DNA of 64,000 bases from a virus (Duplodnaviria > Caudoviricetes): positions 24,333-88,332 of IMG/VR virus record IMGVR_UViG_3300008255_000118, one strand, 5' to 3'. A program made the translations under genes and the position numbers. Position 1 is the stretch's first letter. Each line of letters begins with the position of its first letter. The notes beneath the pieces were generated by a model. It was not told where the DNA came from. It saw only the letters and a list, made by a program, of their open reading frames with translations, and made no database searches. Positions 10,401-18,309 of this stretch are shown piece after piece.

Positions 10401-11544
10401 ACTTTAGTCTCTCTTGTTCACTCATCTCATAGCTAGGCAAGAATTTCTTAGTATCATCTATTACATAGTCACATATCTCAGAAACATAACTTAAACTCTC
10501 TATACCCCTCTTTAGTAAACTTTCATATCTAGAACTCCCAAATAGATGAATTAGTTTCATCATTAGCTCTTGTGAAGAATGAAAGTAGTGTCCTCTAGTA
10601 CTGTTTTGAAAGTCCCCACCCCCTTGTTTTACCAAAATATCTTTTAAGTGGGTATGTTCAGAGTCTAAACAGTAAGTATCGTGTATTAGTATCGGTGGTA
10701 AACTTTGCTGCCAACCTTCATTATTTAGATATTCTTGTAGACTCTCTAGATATTCTTTGTCTTTTAAATTAGAACTATATTCTTTATCGCTTACTTGTAG
10801 AAAACAATTCTCAAAATGTGAAAGAAGAAAGTTTATAAATTCATCTGTTAGAGATAAGCCTGGCTCTGTAACACAAACTAGCCCCTTGAAATCTTGATTT
10901 ATTGACTCAATCTCTATATAAGAGTACTCTCCCGTATGTAGCAACTTGTTTAAGAGTAGTAGATTTGACCACCCTACTTGATTCTTAACATACAACTTTA
11001 AGTCTACTCTACTCCCATTCCCTGTCTCCACAGGTAAGGAGTACCCCGAAACAGGTCTAATTCCCTTTTTCTTACAAGCCTTTTGAAACTGTAGAATACC
11101 TCCAAGTGTACCCTTTTCACAAATCCCTAGAGTCTTGTACCCTAAAAACTTAGCTTTTTCTACCCAGTCAGGATACTCTCCAACGCCACACATTCTCTCA
11201 TACCTGCCATGTATGCCTAAATAAGAATCAAAATACACCTGTTGTGAACAAGTTCCAATATACTTTAACTCTTCTAGATCTACATGTGCTAAAGAGTCTG
11301 CTCTGGTATAAAGATACCAAGGGCCAAGTTTAAAGATAATCCCATATAAACTGTCTAAGGACTCTAAAACTATATCCAACAATTCACTGTTGAATACTAA
11401 TGACAACTCTCCATTATCATTTAATACGGGTTTTTCAACATCATGAAAGTAAAATAGTTTACCGTCTATGTCAATCAGTCTCCCTTCTTCTTTATATCTG
11501 AAAAGATTTGTATGAAGGTATCTTTTTAGGCTCTGGTCTATCAT
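7456..11544 (-). CDS. dnaE: DNA polymerase III alpha subunit (family C) with intein
   Basis: PHP domain, GPGRGSAAGSLVSYLLGIT, PDIDIDF, KVDIL, YGFNK/SHAAAYS, C-terminal OB fold. Confidence 0.97.
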   Translation of the reverse strand: MIDQSLKRYLHTNLFRYKEEGRLIDIDGKLFYFHDVEKPVLNDNGELSLVFNSELLDIVLESLDSLYGIIFKLGPWYLYTRADSLAHVDLEELKYIGTCSQQVYFDSYLGIHGRYERMCGVGEYPDWVEKAKFLGYKTLGICEKGTLGGILQFQKACKKKGIRPVSGYSLPVETGNGSRVDLKLYVKNQVGWSNLLLLNKLLHTGEYSYIEIESINQDFKGLVCVTEPGLSLTDEFINFLLSHFENCFLQVSDKEYSSNLKDKEYLESLQEYLNNEGWQQSLPPILIHDTYCLDSEHTHLKDILVKQGGGDFQNSTRGHYFHSSQELMMKLIHLFGSSRYESLLKRGIESLSYVSEICDYVIDDTKKFLPSYEMSEQERLKYSTNNELFIALLIEKFNKKISTDKKQHWDRLVRELNIIKQGFIDYFLILWDICNWCREQHIQVGPGRGSAAGSLVSYLLGITAIDPLDFDLLFERFLNESRIKSEFPDIDIDFASDRRDEVIDYMKNKYGQQYVCRVGTYNTLQLKGAIQELERYYGNTTEITADKVTKTLEGDNSTWKTLIYESMTNKRLRLYVENNMEIVRDCKYVINSIKSMSIHACATIVVPKLIDESGRQIDLFKQIPVRMDGDILVSEWEGGLLADIGYLKVDILSTIQMAKFGHIIDLVEKNTGKRISVDDIPLDDDSIFDLFRRGLNQDVFHFGTKGLTGYLKLVQPFHIEDLVATISLYRPGVMASGTHMRYIDLRRGIEEIVYDHPSLQELTANTYGLYIYQEQIMKIAQVLGNFTLVEADGVRKAMGKMIKSKMEEYRQIFLIGAEKNNCEESRAVEIWNKMEVFSSYGFNKCISGTEGIYRVGLNYSGSSAFNPTIAEMYKIKNDKKYAKLISRLSLHESYNYRGYGTGFSLNKENVLIKNKIIDIRYEGVREVFKITLEDGKTIRTTDNHKYPTQRGEVILRDLTLDDCLFVNTGYRSEDTVYRFTDKDRSSEKGLGTRLVKIKSIESIEREDVYDVEMDSPSHTFTTQEGVVTCNSHAAAYSIIGYQCNWLKFYYPLEFWTVALEFAKTDKISMMVSEINSSGRIQVKAPDINLSEKQFFSSVEKQTIYWNLTQIAYMGPAAVDAVLLERERSGRFFSFEEFCERVGSGVKKTSMINCIVSGCFDEIESIKKPRERFRLIEKYMFTIRDDFRLKKEDKKLVVEIKEKYRNDLYSLQHKLDEIQWQYLPSEYVNNRENDYYWVLKQSDISKINLLNYSRLVEDFKIKGEVLLEEDFSKEVTKSGKKFVLPGILVDVQIKLTKTNKSYCIGFLQQGSSTIAFRMWSEAMGKGDMTKFKDGALVILRGKLYLNEFFGSNEFLVEGFTEII
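8455..9012 (-). mobile_element. 186-aa mini-intein in DnaE (Cys1 ... VVTCN/S)
   Basis: Interrupts conserved YGFNK|SH; block B TTDNHKY, block F VYDVEM, terminal Asn, +1 Ser; no endonuclease motifs. Confidence 0.92.
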
Positions 11545-11746
11545 CTCTATTCTTTCTACTCTTTGGCAAGTCTATGTATACATAGACTTCATTTTCTACT
11601 ATAAATTCTCTAAGTTTACAGAAGATATTATCACTATACTCTTTACTCCAATTATCAAACCAAGAGGAATACACTTTATAGAATTCACTCTTTGTCATTA
11701 TACAACAGTCTAAAAATAACTGTTTATCACTTATGATTAAGCTCAT
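11492..11746 (-). CDS. Hypothetical protein
   Basis: 84-aa ORF overlapping both neighbours; true start uncertain. Confidence 0.45.
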   Translation of the reverse strand: MSLIISDKQLFLDCCIMTKSEFYKVYSSWFDNWSKEYSDNIFCKLREFIVENEVYVYIDLPKSRKNRDDRPEPKKIPSYKSFQI

Positions 11747-12056
11747 CTATACACAGATTAGTAAACTTTATTAACTGTCTGTTTAGAAGAAGTGAGGTTT
11801 TATAGAAATAAGACTTGGTCTCTCTTCTCCTACCAAATCTGTAAATAATAGCATACTCATCTCTATCTACTTTAATATTTCTGACATTGATTGATCTCTT
11901 TTCTATTGAGAATCTTAGATTTTGAAAAAGGAAACAGTCATGACTAATTCTTACAGCCCTTTTAGGGCCTCTTTCTAGTCTAGTATCATCTACTAAGTCT
12001 TCTAAGCTGGTTCTAATTATCTCACAAAATTGTGAGACATCTACTTGTTTTTTCAT
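11727..12056 (-). CDS. Hypothetical protein
   Basis: 109-aa ORF between folE and dnaE. Confidence 0.55.
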   Translation of the reverse strand: MKKQVDVSQFCEIIRTSLEDLVDDTRLERGPKRAVRISHDCFLFQNLRFSIEKRSINVRNIKVDRDEYAIIYRFGRRRETKSYFYKTSLLLNRQLIKFTNLCIDELNHK

Positions 12057-12071
12057 AAGGGAAAGCTGTCT

Positions 12072-12824
12072 CTATTTCTTTAAATTTAATAAAGTGTAAA
12101 ACTCTTCTCTGGTTTTCTGATCATCATAAAACTCCTTACTCAAAACTTGAGTAGCAGTATCACTACTTTCGTCCTTTACTCCCCTACAAGCTACACACAT
12201 ATGTTCTGCCTCTACCACAACAGCTACTCCCTTATTCCCTTTAGCTACTGAATCTAGATAATCATGTATCTCCTGTGTTATGTTCTCTTGTACTGTTGGC
12301 TTTCGAGAAATATAGTCTACCACTCTATTAAACTTAGATAACCCTATCACTGTTTCTCCAGGAAGATACCCTATATGAGCTCTTCCTGTAAATGGTAGAT
12401 TGTGATGGGCACACATTGAATTAACTTTAATCCCTCTAACAACTACCATCCCTCTATACTTCCCATCATTCTCAAAGTCAGTTACTTTTGGCGGATCTGA
12501 AAAGTCACTTCTTGCTAAGTCTTCTACCCATGCCCTAGCAACTCTTCTTGGGGTATCTGCCATATGTGGGCTCTTAGTCCAGTCATACCCTAGTACTCTT
12601 AAAAACTCGCCATAACATCTAGAGGCTAGATCAATAATTAACTCATTTGGCATTTCTGCAAAGCCTCTTATTGGGTTACCATACCTATCTAGTTCAATAT
12701 CTACTATCTTAACATCATCAGGCAATGGCAGATCAGTCTCTGATAAGATCCACCCACTAGTTTCTGACTCCCATTGATTTGTTGTGGTCATTGACCATAT
12801 CTGATACACTTTTAGTTTTCTCAT
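12072..12824 (-). CDS. folE: GTP cyclohydrolase I
   Basis: DTPRRVA, SMCAHHNLPF.G.AHIGY, GLSKFNRVV, QENIT, EAEHMCVACRGV. Confidence 0.95.
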   Translation of the reverse strand: MRKLKVYQIWSMTTTNQWESETSGWILSETDLPLPDDVKIVDIELDRYGNPIRGFAEMPNELIIDLASRCYGEFLRVLGYDWTKSPHMADTPRRVARAWVEDLARSDFSDPPKVTDFENDGKYRGMVVVRGIKVNSMCAHHNLPFTGRAHIGYLPGETVIGLSKFNRVVDYISRKPTVQENITQEIHDYLDSVAKGNKGVAVVVEAEHMCVACRGVKDESSDTATQVLSKEFYDDQKTREEFYTLLNLKK

Positions 12825-12825
12825 C

Positions 12826-13593
12826 TTAAACTCCCCTTTTATTATTATAGGCTATAATATGTAATCTTTCTGTATAGTTATAGCCTTTGGCTACACAGTA
12901 CTCCATTAATTTAACTCTCTTTGGTTCTAGTTCTTCTCTAGTCCCACCTGCTGGCATTAGATAGACACTCTCTTTTCCTACCTCTAGAAACTCTAAAAGC
13001 TCTAAAAGCTCTAAAAGCTCTCTAGTTTCATCTAAAGTAGAAATTACTGGCTTAATCTGAAAACTATCATGATAGTGTATCATCTCTTTCATCACGTGCC
13101 ATTTCTTTCTATACTTTTCATGCTTAGTAATGTCTTTCCTAGTTACATCTCTACCTAATGGAGTAACTGTCCCTACTCTTGGCTTTGAGTTTCTAAACTT
13201 AGGGGATAGACTAATCATATCAGCTACTGTAGGAACAAATGCTGAACCTTCAGTTTCTATTGTAATATAGTGTCCATAAGTCTTAGCTAAAAGACATAAC
13301 TCTTGTAAAAGTTCTGGGTGCATAGTTGGAGAGCCCCCAGTTATCATTGTATGTCTAATATGCTCATTCTTTCTAAACATGTTCTCTATAACCTCTAAAC
13401 TAATTGTTCCCTTCATTGGGTGCCAAGAGGTGTACCAAGAATCACAGAAATCAGTATCACTGAATTGACATCTTAATACACAACCCGTAGTTCTTATAAG
13501 AATATGTGGTACTCCCATTAATTTGCCCTCTCCTTGTAAACAAGTATATAGCTCCTGTATTGGCTGTATTTTACTATAGTCCATAAATTGCAC
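12826..13593 (-). CDS. queE: 7-carboxy-7-deazaguanine synthase (radical SAM)
   Basis: E.Y..LQGEG, IRTTGC..RC...CDS, ITGGSP, ITIETEG, SLSPK, RLH. Confidence 0.93.
   Translation of the reverse strand: MQFMDYSKIQPIQELYTCLQGEGKLMGVPHILIRTTGCVLRCQFSDTDFCDSWYTSWHPMKGTISLEVIENMFRKNEHIRHTMITGGSPTMHPELLQELCLLAKTYGHYITIETEGSAFVPTVADMISLSPKFRNSKPRVGTVTPLGRDVTRKDITKHEKYRKKWHVMKEMIHYHDSFQIKPVISTLDETRELLELLELLEFLEVGKESVYLMPAGGTREELEPKRVKLMEYCVAKGYNYTERLHIIAYNNKRGV
12982..13017. repeat. In-frame 9-bp tandem repeat (CTCTAAAAG x3 plus a variant) encoding ELLELLELLEFLE in QueE
   Basis: Seen directly in sequence. Confidence 0.85.
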
Positions 13594-14137
13594 TTGTTTT
13601 AGGGGTTTCTTTGAATTCTACAGAAGTAACAGTCACTCCAAGTGGGAACATTTTCTTTTTAACTTCCTCGTATAACCATGCTGAGATATTCTCAGAAGTT
13701 GGTACAAAGTTTACAACTACTAAGCCTTCATAGATCTCTTGTACTGCTAAGGGCTCACTTTCATATATTGAAGGGCTTAGATTAAGAAATGCCTTACTTC
13801 CCATATCATTCATAAACATATTACTTCTGTAATCATCTATCCTCTTTTCAGTAATTAAAGGGTATACATATGATATAACTGGGTCATTGATATCCATTAT
13901 CATCTTATGATCTAGAGTATCATCCACCCATTTCTTAAACCAACCTAGATGCTTGAAGTCAGTTACCATACCATCTGTTAAGTAGTCTGCCTCTAATTTA
14001 ATAATAACTTGGCCCTGATGCCCATGTAAGTGACGACAGACTAAACAGGTATCAACTGCATAGTCTGGGTTTAGTTTCTGGTTGTGTACTCTATGACCAT
14101 AACAGAAATCAAAACTCTTTGTAATATTATGCTTCAT
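13574..14137 (-). CDS. queD: 6-carboxy-5,6,7,8-tetrahydropterin synthase
   Basis: F.YGHR, C..LHGH, GMVTDF, LDH, PTSEN, ETPKT.A.Y. Confidence 0.93.
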   Translation of the reverse strand: MKHNITKSFDFCYGHRVHNQKLNPDYAVDTCLVCRHLHGHQGQVIIKLEADYLTDGMVTDFKHLGWFKKWVDDTLDHKMIMDINDPVISYVYPLITEKRIDDYRSNMFMNDMGSKAFLNLSPSIYESEPLAVQEIYEGLVVVNFVPTSENISAWLYEEVKKKMFPLGVTVTSVEFKETPKTSAIYGL

Positions 14138-14966
14138 TTCTAGAGTCGTTATTCATTAATATTTGATTTACACAAGCTGTAACATAGTCCCAATCCCTCT
14201 TTACTAAACCACTATCAGTCTTCTCTGCATATGGTGTTGGGTCTGCCCTATTTAGTTTCATGAAAGCCTCTACTCTCTCTACTGAAGATGCTGAAAAGAA
14301 ATCTGAATACCACTTACCCGTAGCTGGGTCTTGTAATGGCTTATACGAAGTCATTGTTCTCTTATAAACCTCATCAAAATCTAAGCCTAGAGTTTTACAA
14401 CTTATCTCTCCATCTAATAGTATATCACCTTTATCTAACTCTAGATATGGAGTATAGTAAGATACATTTTCTGCATCCCAGTTGCCTAAGAGAAAAGCAT
14501 GGTAATCAGCATCTCTGAATTCTTTACGACAATCAGGGTACACAGTAGCATCTCCACTATGTATTCCCATTGCAATTGCTACTGGTGAACCAGTTTCTTG
14601 ACTCCAAGATAAAGCTACTGCTTGTATAATAGAAGAAAATATTTTGTTCCTATTTGGCACCACAGTCATTTTCATATTCTCCTGTTCATAGTGTCCTTCA
14701 GGCACTTCACTACCACCAGATACTAGAGATGAAGAAGTCAACAGATGCCCAATATCTAGACTTACAATATCATGTGAGATGATACCTTTAGTATTCAAGT
14801 TCAAAAACTCCACAAGGGATTTAGCTTTTTCAAGTTCTACAGAATGTTTTTGACCATAGTTAAATGATAACAGTTTTACATCATACTCTCTTGCTAGTAA
14901 ATGTACTAACAATGAACTACTGTCCATACCCCCTGATAATGACAGAACAACTCTCTTTTTACTCAT
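14127..14966 (-). CDS. queC: 7-cyano-7-deazaguanine (preQ0) synthase
   Basis: SLSGGMDSS, FNYGQKH, VVPNRN.IF, GIHSGD..VYPDCR.EF; C-terminal Zn cysteines replaced (TSY...SASSVER). Confidence 0.93.
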   Translation of the reverse strand: MSKKRVVLSLSGGMDSSSLLVHLLAREYDVKLLSFNYGQKHSVELEKAKSLVEFLNLNTKGIISHDIVSLDIGHLLTSSSLVSGGSEVPEGHYEQENMKMTVVPNRNKIFSSIIQAVALSWSQETGSPVAIAMGIHSGDATVYPDCRKEFRDADYHAFLLGNWDAENVSYYTPYLELDKGDILLDGEISCKTLGLDFDEVYKRTMTSYKPLQDPATGKWYSDFFSASSVERVEAFMKLNRADPTPYAEKTDSGLVKRDWDYVTACVNQILMNNDSRNEA

Positions 14967-15073
14967 CTTTATTTATTTTTACTTTTATTAATTTAAACTC
15001 TCTAAACTCTATACTTCCACACCTAATTTAATAGTTGTTGGTCTGAGACTACACTTCAAATGTAATCTACACA

Positions 15074-15994
15074 CTACTGCCCTAGTGTCTTTGTAGTCAA
15101 AATATTGACATCTATTAATTCTTTTGGTATTAAATCAAGTCTTGTAGAACGTACAGGGGTAATATCAAGAGACCCTCTTCTAGAATATAGTAGTGCTATC
15201 ATACACTCATCTACTAGTTCTTGTTTGGTCATATCTATAAATAGTTTCTCACAACAAAACTCATGAAACTCATCTAACATTCTTATTGAAACTACTTTCT
15301 TGAATAACTCAGTATAGTTTAGAAACATCATCCCTTTAAATAGGCCGAAGAAAGTACCAGTGTCTTTTTGTTTGGTATATCTACATCTAGATCTTAATAT
15401 GTTTGTCTGTACTGTGGAGGTTGTATACAGTGGTGCTGGGAGAGCAATACTATAGTCTCTCTTAGCTGTATAGTCATCAAAGTCAGACAGTTTTGATATA
15501 TTGATTGAATCCTCTAGATAGTTGTACTGTAACAGTGTGTTTGCTGATAGTCTATCATGATATTGATGAAAAGCTACATTAACATCTACCCCTAGTAACT
15601 TTGATAAATCTTGTTTAATCTGATTTTCATAGTTCATTTTAGCAAATAATAATGACTTGCCCATCTTACACATATCAAATGTATTTAGATACAGTTTCAT
15701 CGACTTTGATTCTACTATCCCTACACTATATGATGGGTAAACAAACTTTAGTGTACCAGCTATAGGAAAACCATTGTCTAGTAAGAATGTTGCTTCATGA
15801 CAGTTCCATATGTCATATCCTTGGAACTCATTCCCCGTAATACCCCAGTCACCTCGTGCCTCTGCTCTAGGCATCATTACCAATAAAGAAGAATCAAAGT
15901 GATCTGTTTGTGTTTCATAGCTTCCAGAAGACCCTAGGTGTTTTGAAGCTATCTTATTAGTTTCCGATTCGGAAATACTTCTCTCTTTTTTCAT
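15074..15994 (-). CDS. queF: Bimodular NADPH-dependent preQ0 reductase
   Basis: QueF motif ESKSMKLYL; catalytic Cys/Asp in RSRCRYTKQKD; FHE; YSRRGSLDI.P.RS. Confidence 0.88.
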   Translation of the reverse strand: MKKERSISESETNKIASKHLGSSGSYETQTDHFDSSLLVMMPRAEARGDWGITGNEFQGYDIWNCHEATFLLDNGFPIAGTLKFVYPSYSVGIVESKSMKLYLNTFDMCKMGKSLLFAKMNYENQIKQDLSKLLGVDVNVAFHQYHDRLSANTLLQYNYLEDSINISKLSDFDDYTAKRDYSIALPAPLYTTSTVQTNILRSRCRYTKQKDTGTFFGLFKGMMFLNYTELFKKVVSIRMLDEFHEFCCEKLFIDMTKQELVDECMIALLYSRRGSLDITPVRSTRLDLIPKELIDVNILTTKTLGQ

Positions 15995-16016
15995 ACTTTT
16001 AAAAATATTCTATAAA

Positions 16017-16033
16017 ATTATAAAATTTATACT
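16017..16033. promoter_or_regulatory. Variant of AGTATA-N5-TATACT motif upstream of queF
   Basis: ATTATA-AAATT-TATACT; minus-strand TAAGTTTG lies just upstream. Confidence 0.5.
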
Positions 16034-16061
16034 TATCATCAAACTTATAATTAAGTTTTTT

Positions 16062-16340
16062 TTATAATAAATCTCTATTTTTTAATTTCTGGAGATTGTC
16101 CTCTATAACCTCTTCTAGAGTAATCCCATAGTTTTCACCAATTGCTGAAATACACCAAAGTAGATCACCGAGTTCACTCTTAAGATCTCTCTGTACTGTT
16201 CTGCCATCTACTTTCCTTATAATCTCTTTTGCAACCTCTCCAGTTTCCTCTGTTAGTTTTGCTAAAAGATATAGTTCAGGGTTAGATGAGTATTTCTTTA
16301 CCTTAGTTACTGTCTTTTGATATTCATTTATGTTTGTCAT
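16062..16340 (-). CDS. mazG: MazG-like nucleotide pyrophosphohydrolase
   Basis: KL.EE.GEVAKEI ... ELGDLLW.I..I...YGI.LEEV...NL.KL..R. Confidence 0.88.
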   Translation of the reverse strand: MTNINEYQKTVTKVKKYSSNPELYLLAKLTEETGEVAKEIIRKVDGRTVQRDLKSELGDLLWCISAIGENYGITLEEVIEDNLQKLKNRDLL

Positions 16341-16342
16341 AT

Positions 16343-16975
16343 CTATAGAATTATTCTACCACTGCTTATCTCCTTCTTGTCACTCAGTCTTATTATCTTA
16401 CTTTTTATTTTAGGTGCTAAGTCCTCTCTAACATCACCGAATACAGTATTCATAATAAATTCAATATTCTCCTCTAAGTCGGCAGAGGGCAAAGTAAAAC
16501 ATCTCTTCCCTAAGTTAGGGACTAAGTTTTGTGATAATATAAGATCAATAGCTAATCTAAAAGTCTCATCTGTATCTCTTGTGCCATCTTTTTCTATAGG
16601 GGCTTTGATTGGGGCGTAGAAGATAAAGTCATACTCATGTAAGAAGCCTGCTGTCATTTGCCCAAACAATTCTAGAGTTTCACTTGACACTTGATCTTTA
16701 CTATGTAAAAACTGAGTATAGGCTAAACCATCCACTAGACATCTATCAGCTAATAAATTTGTTTTTAGTAAGTCTTTCATGTGAAAGGTTAGAACAAGCT
16801 CCTGTGTTATATTAAAGTCTTCACTCTTACCACAATTAATAGGTAGTCCCTTATCCTTAAGAGCTCTTGTGTTTGAATAAGAAACATGATAGTTCTCAAA
16901 CTGTGGCTTCATGGCCAAACGATTGATTAATGTTGTCTTTCCAGTACTATGTGTACCTGTTAATACTACTTTCAT
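16343..16975 (-). CDS. P-loop NMP-kinase-like protein (AAA_28/NadR-kinase-like)
   Basis: LTGTHSTGKTT, LLADRC..D..AY, YD..FY.P, DG.R motifs. Confidence 0.75.
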   Translation of the reverse strand: MKVVLTGTHSTGKTTLINRLAMKPQFENYHVSYSNTRALKDKGLPINCGKSEDFNITQELVLTFHMKDLLKTNLLADRCLVDGLAYTQFLHSKDQVSSETLELFGQMTAGFLHEYDFIFYAPIKAPIEKDGTRDTDETFRLAIDLILSQNLVPNLGKRCFTLPSADLEENIEFIMNTVFGDVREDLAPKIKSKIIRLSDKKEISSGRIIL

Positions 16976-16979
16976 ATGT

Positions 16980-17774
16980 TTACAGTTTTACTAGTTTTCT
17001 AAAATATTTTGTATTCTTTAACACCAAGTGATACTGCTCAACTGTCATATCACACTTGATTAATTCAAATAGTTTTGTTTTTGGCTTTTCAAGTAGTGGG
17101 ATATAGTGCTCATAGTCTTTATTATCTAAGGACATCATAATTGGATTTGAGGTATCTAGAGATGTCAAGAAACTATATCTATCATCTCTATAGAAACTAA
17201 ATTCTAGCGGGAGTGCACAGCCCAATAAGTGGTGTTCTACTTCATAGTCTATTATCTCTTCTTCTATCAGATAATTAATTAGGGCTACCCTGCCGAAAGC
17301 CCAAGATACTAATTTATTTGAATGGGGGAAGATTCTCTCATATAGAGAATAGTCAAACGGTATGGCAACTCTCTCTATCCCTAATCTAATTAACTTCTCA
17401 TAGCATTCAATTATCTCTAACACGGTTCTACCCTGTACTACCCCAATCTTTTCACTCTTAATATCTCTATAGGTTCTTATCCACTTAGAGGCACTCCTTA
17501 TAGTCCCTTTCATATCCTCTAGAACGTCAGGGATAATATATGACGTTGGCTTCAGTTGTTCTATCCAGTAAGCAAATCTTTCAGGACTAAAAGAAACTCC
17601 CAGTTCAAATATTGAATTATCAAGTAGAACTTCTCTTCCCATCTCTACAGACTTTTGAAAAAACTCATAATATTTGGGATACTCTTCAAATAAATGTACT
17701 AGTGCATAGTCGTAATCATTGAATTTTCTGGATTCATCCAATAGACATATTGGTGATTCATGTGATATTCTCAT
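16980..17774 (-). CDS. dpdA: TGT-fold deazaguanine transglycosylase-like protein (DpdA family, subclass uncertain)
   Basis: LLDNS, IIPDV, GVVQG, HLLG and SLDTSNP match TGT active-site segments; no Zn-binding domain; clustered with que genes. Confidence 0.8.
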   Translation of the reverse strand: MRISHESPICLLDESRKFNDYDYALVHLFEEYPKYYEFFQKSVEMGREVLLDNSIFELGVSFSPERFAYWIEQLKPTSYIIPDVLEDMKGTIRSASKWIRTYRDIKSEKIGVVQGRTVLEIIECYEKLIRLGIERVAIPFDYSLYERIFPHSNKLVSWAFGRVALINYLIEEEIIDYEVEHHLLGCALPLEFSFYRDDRYSFLTSLDTSNPIMMSLDNKDYEHYIPLLEKPKTKLFELIKCDMTVEQYHLVLKNTKYFRKLVKL

Positions 17775-17800
17775 TCTCTACTATTTTAAGTTTTGGTAAA

Positions 17801-17817
17801 AATATAAAAAATATACT
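17801..17817. promoter_or_regulatory. Variant of AGTATA-N5-TATACT motif upstream of dpdA
   Basis: AATATA-AAAAA-TATACT in 46-bp intergenic gap. Confidence 0.45.
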
Positions 17818-17820
17818 TAA

Positions 17821-18309
17821 CTACAAAATTCTCATTACTCTTTTTAATGGTACAAGTAAAAACTTTTTCTTATCTCTTACTCTAACTGATAGAAGTGGGA
17901 GTTCATTCATCACCATAGAATTGTCAGCTATGTACCCAATAGAGTTAGAGCTATCTTCATTCTGTATTCTCACTTCAGAATCTCTATTGTAAAAGAATAC
18001 TCTATCCCACTTCTCCAACTTGTCTTTCTGTGCTGAATCTCTATAACAAAATACTGGTTCTCCCCATTCAGGTATTATCCCTGAAAAGACTCTAAGGTAT
18101 TCATCTTTACTACTAAAAATAGTTTCCAGTCTATTCTTACTACCAATATCTTCGATCTTCTTCTTTTTGCCTAACATTGCATTCTCCCAATAAGGAACAT
18201 ACTTTTTTTGAAAAATCTTTGTTCTGATTTCTGCACAGATATACTCCTTCTGTAGATTTTCAAAGAACTCAAAGATAGATAAGTTCCTAGATGATTGGCT
18301 ATTCTTCAT
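17821..18309 (-). CDS. Hypothetical protein
   Basis: 162-aa ORF abutting primase stop. Confidence 0.65.
   Translation of the reverse strand: MKNSQSSRNLSIFEFFENLQKEYICAEIRTKIFQKKYVPYWENAMLGKKKKIEDIGSKNRLETIFSSKDEYLRVFSGIIPEWGEPVFCYRDSAQKDKLEKWDRVFFYNRDSEVRIQNEDSSNSIGYIADNSMVMNELPLLSVRVRDKKKFLLVPLKRVMRIL

Noticed and set aside
15074-15994. QueF-like amidinotransferase producing archaeosine (dG+)
   Set aside because: The NADPH-binding QueF motif and bimodular layout are retained, favouring preQ0 reduction to preQ1
16980-17774. Canonical tRNA-guanine transglycosylase for host tRNA
   Set aside because: Much shorter than Tgt, lacks the Zn-binding tRNA domain, and sits in a phage DNA-modification context
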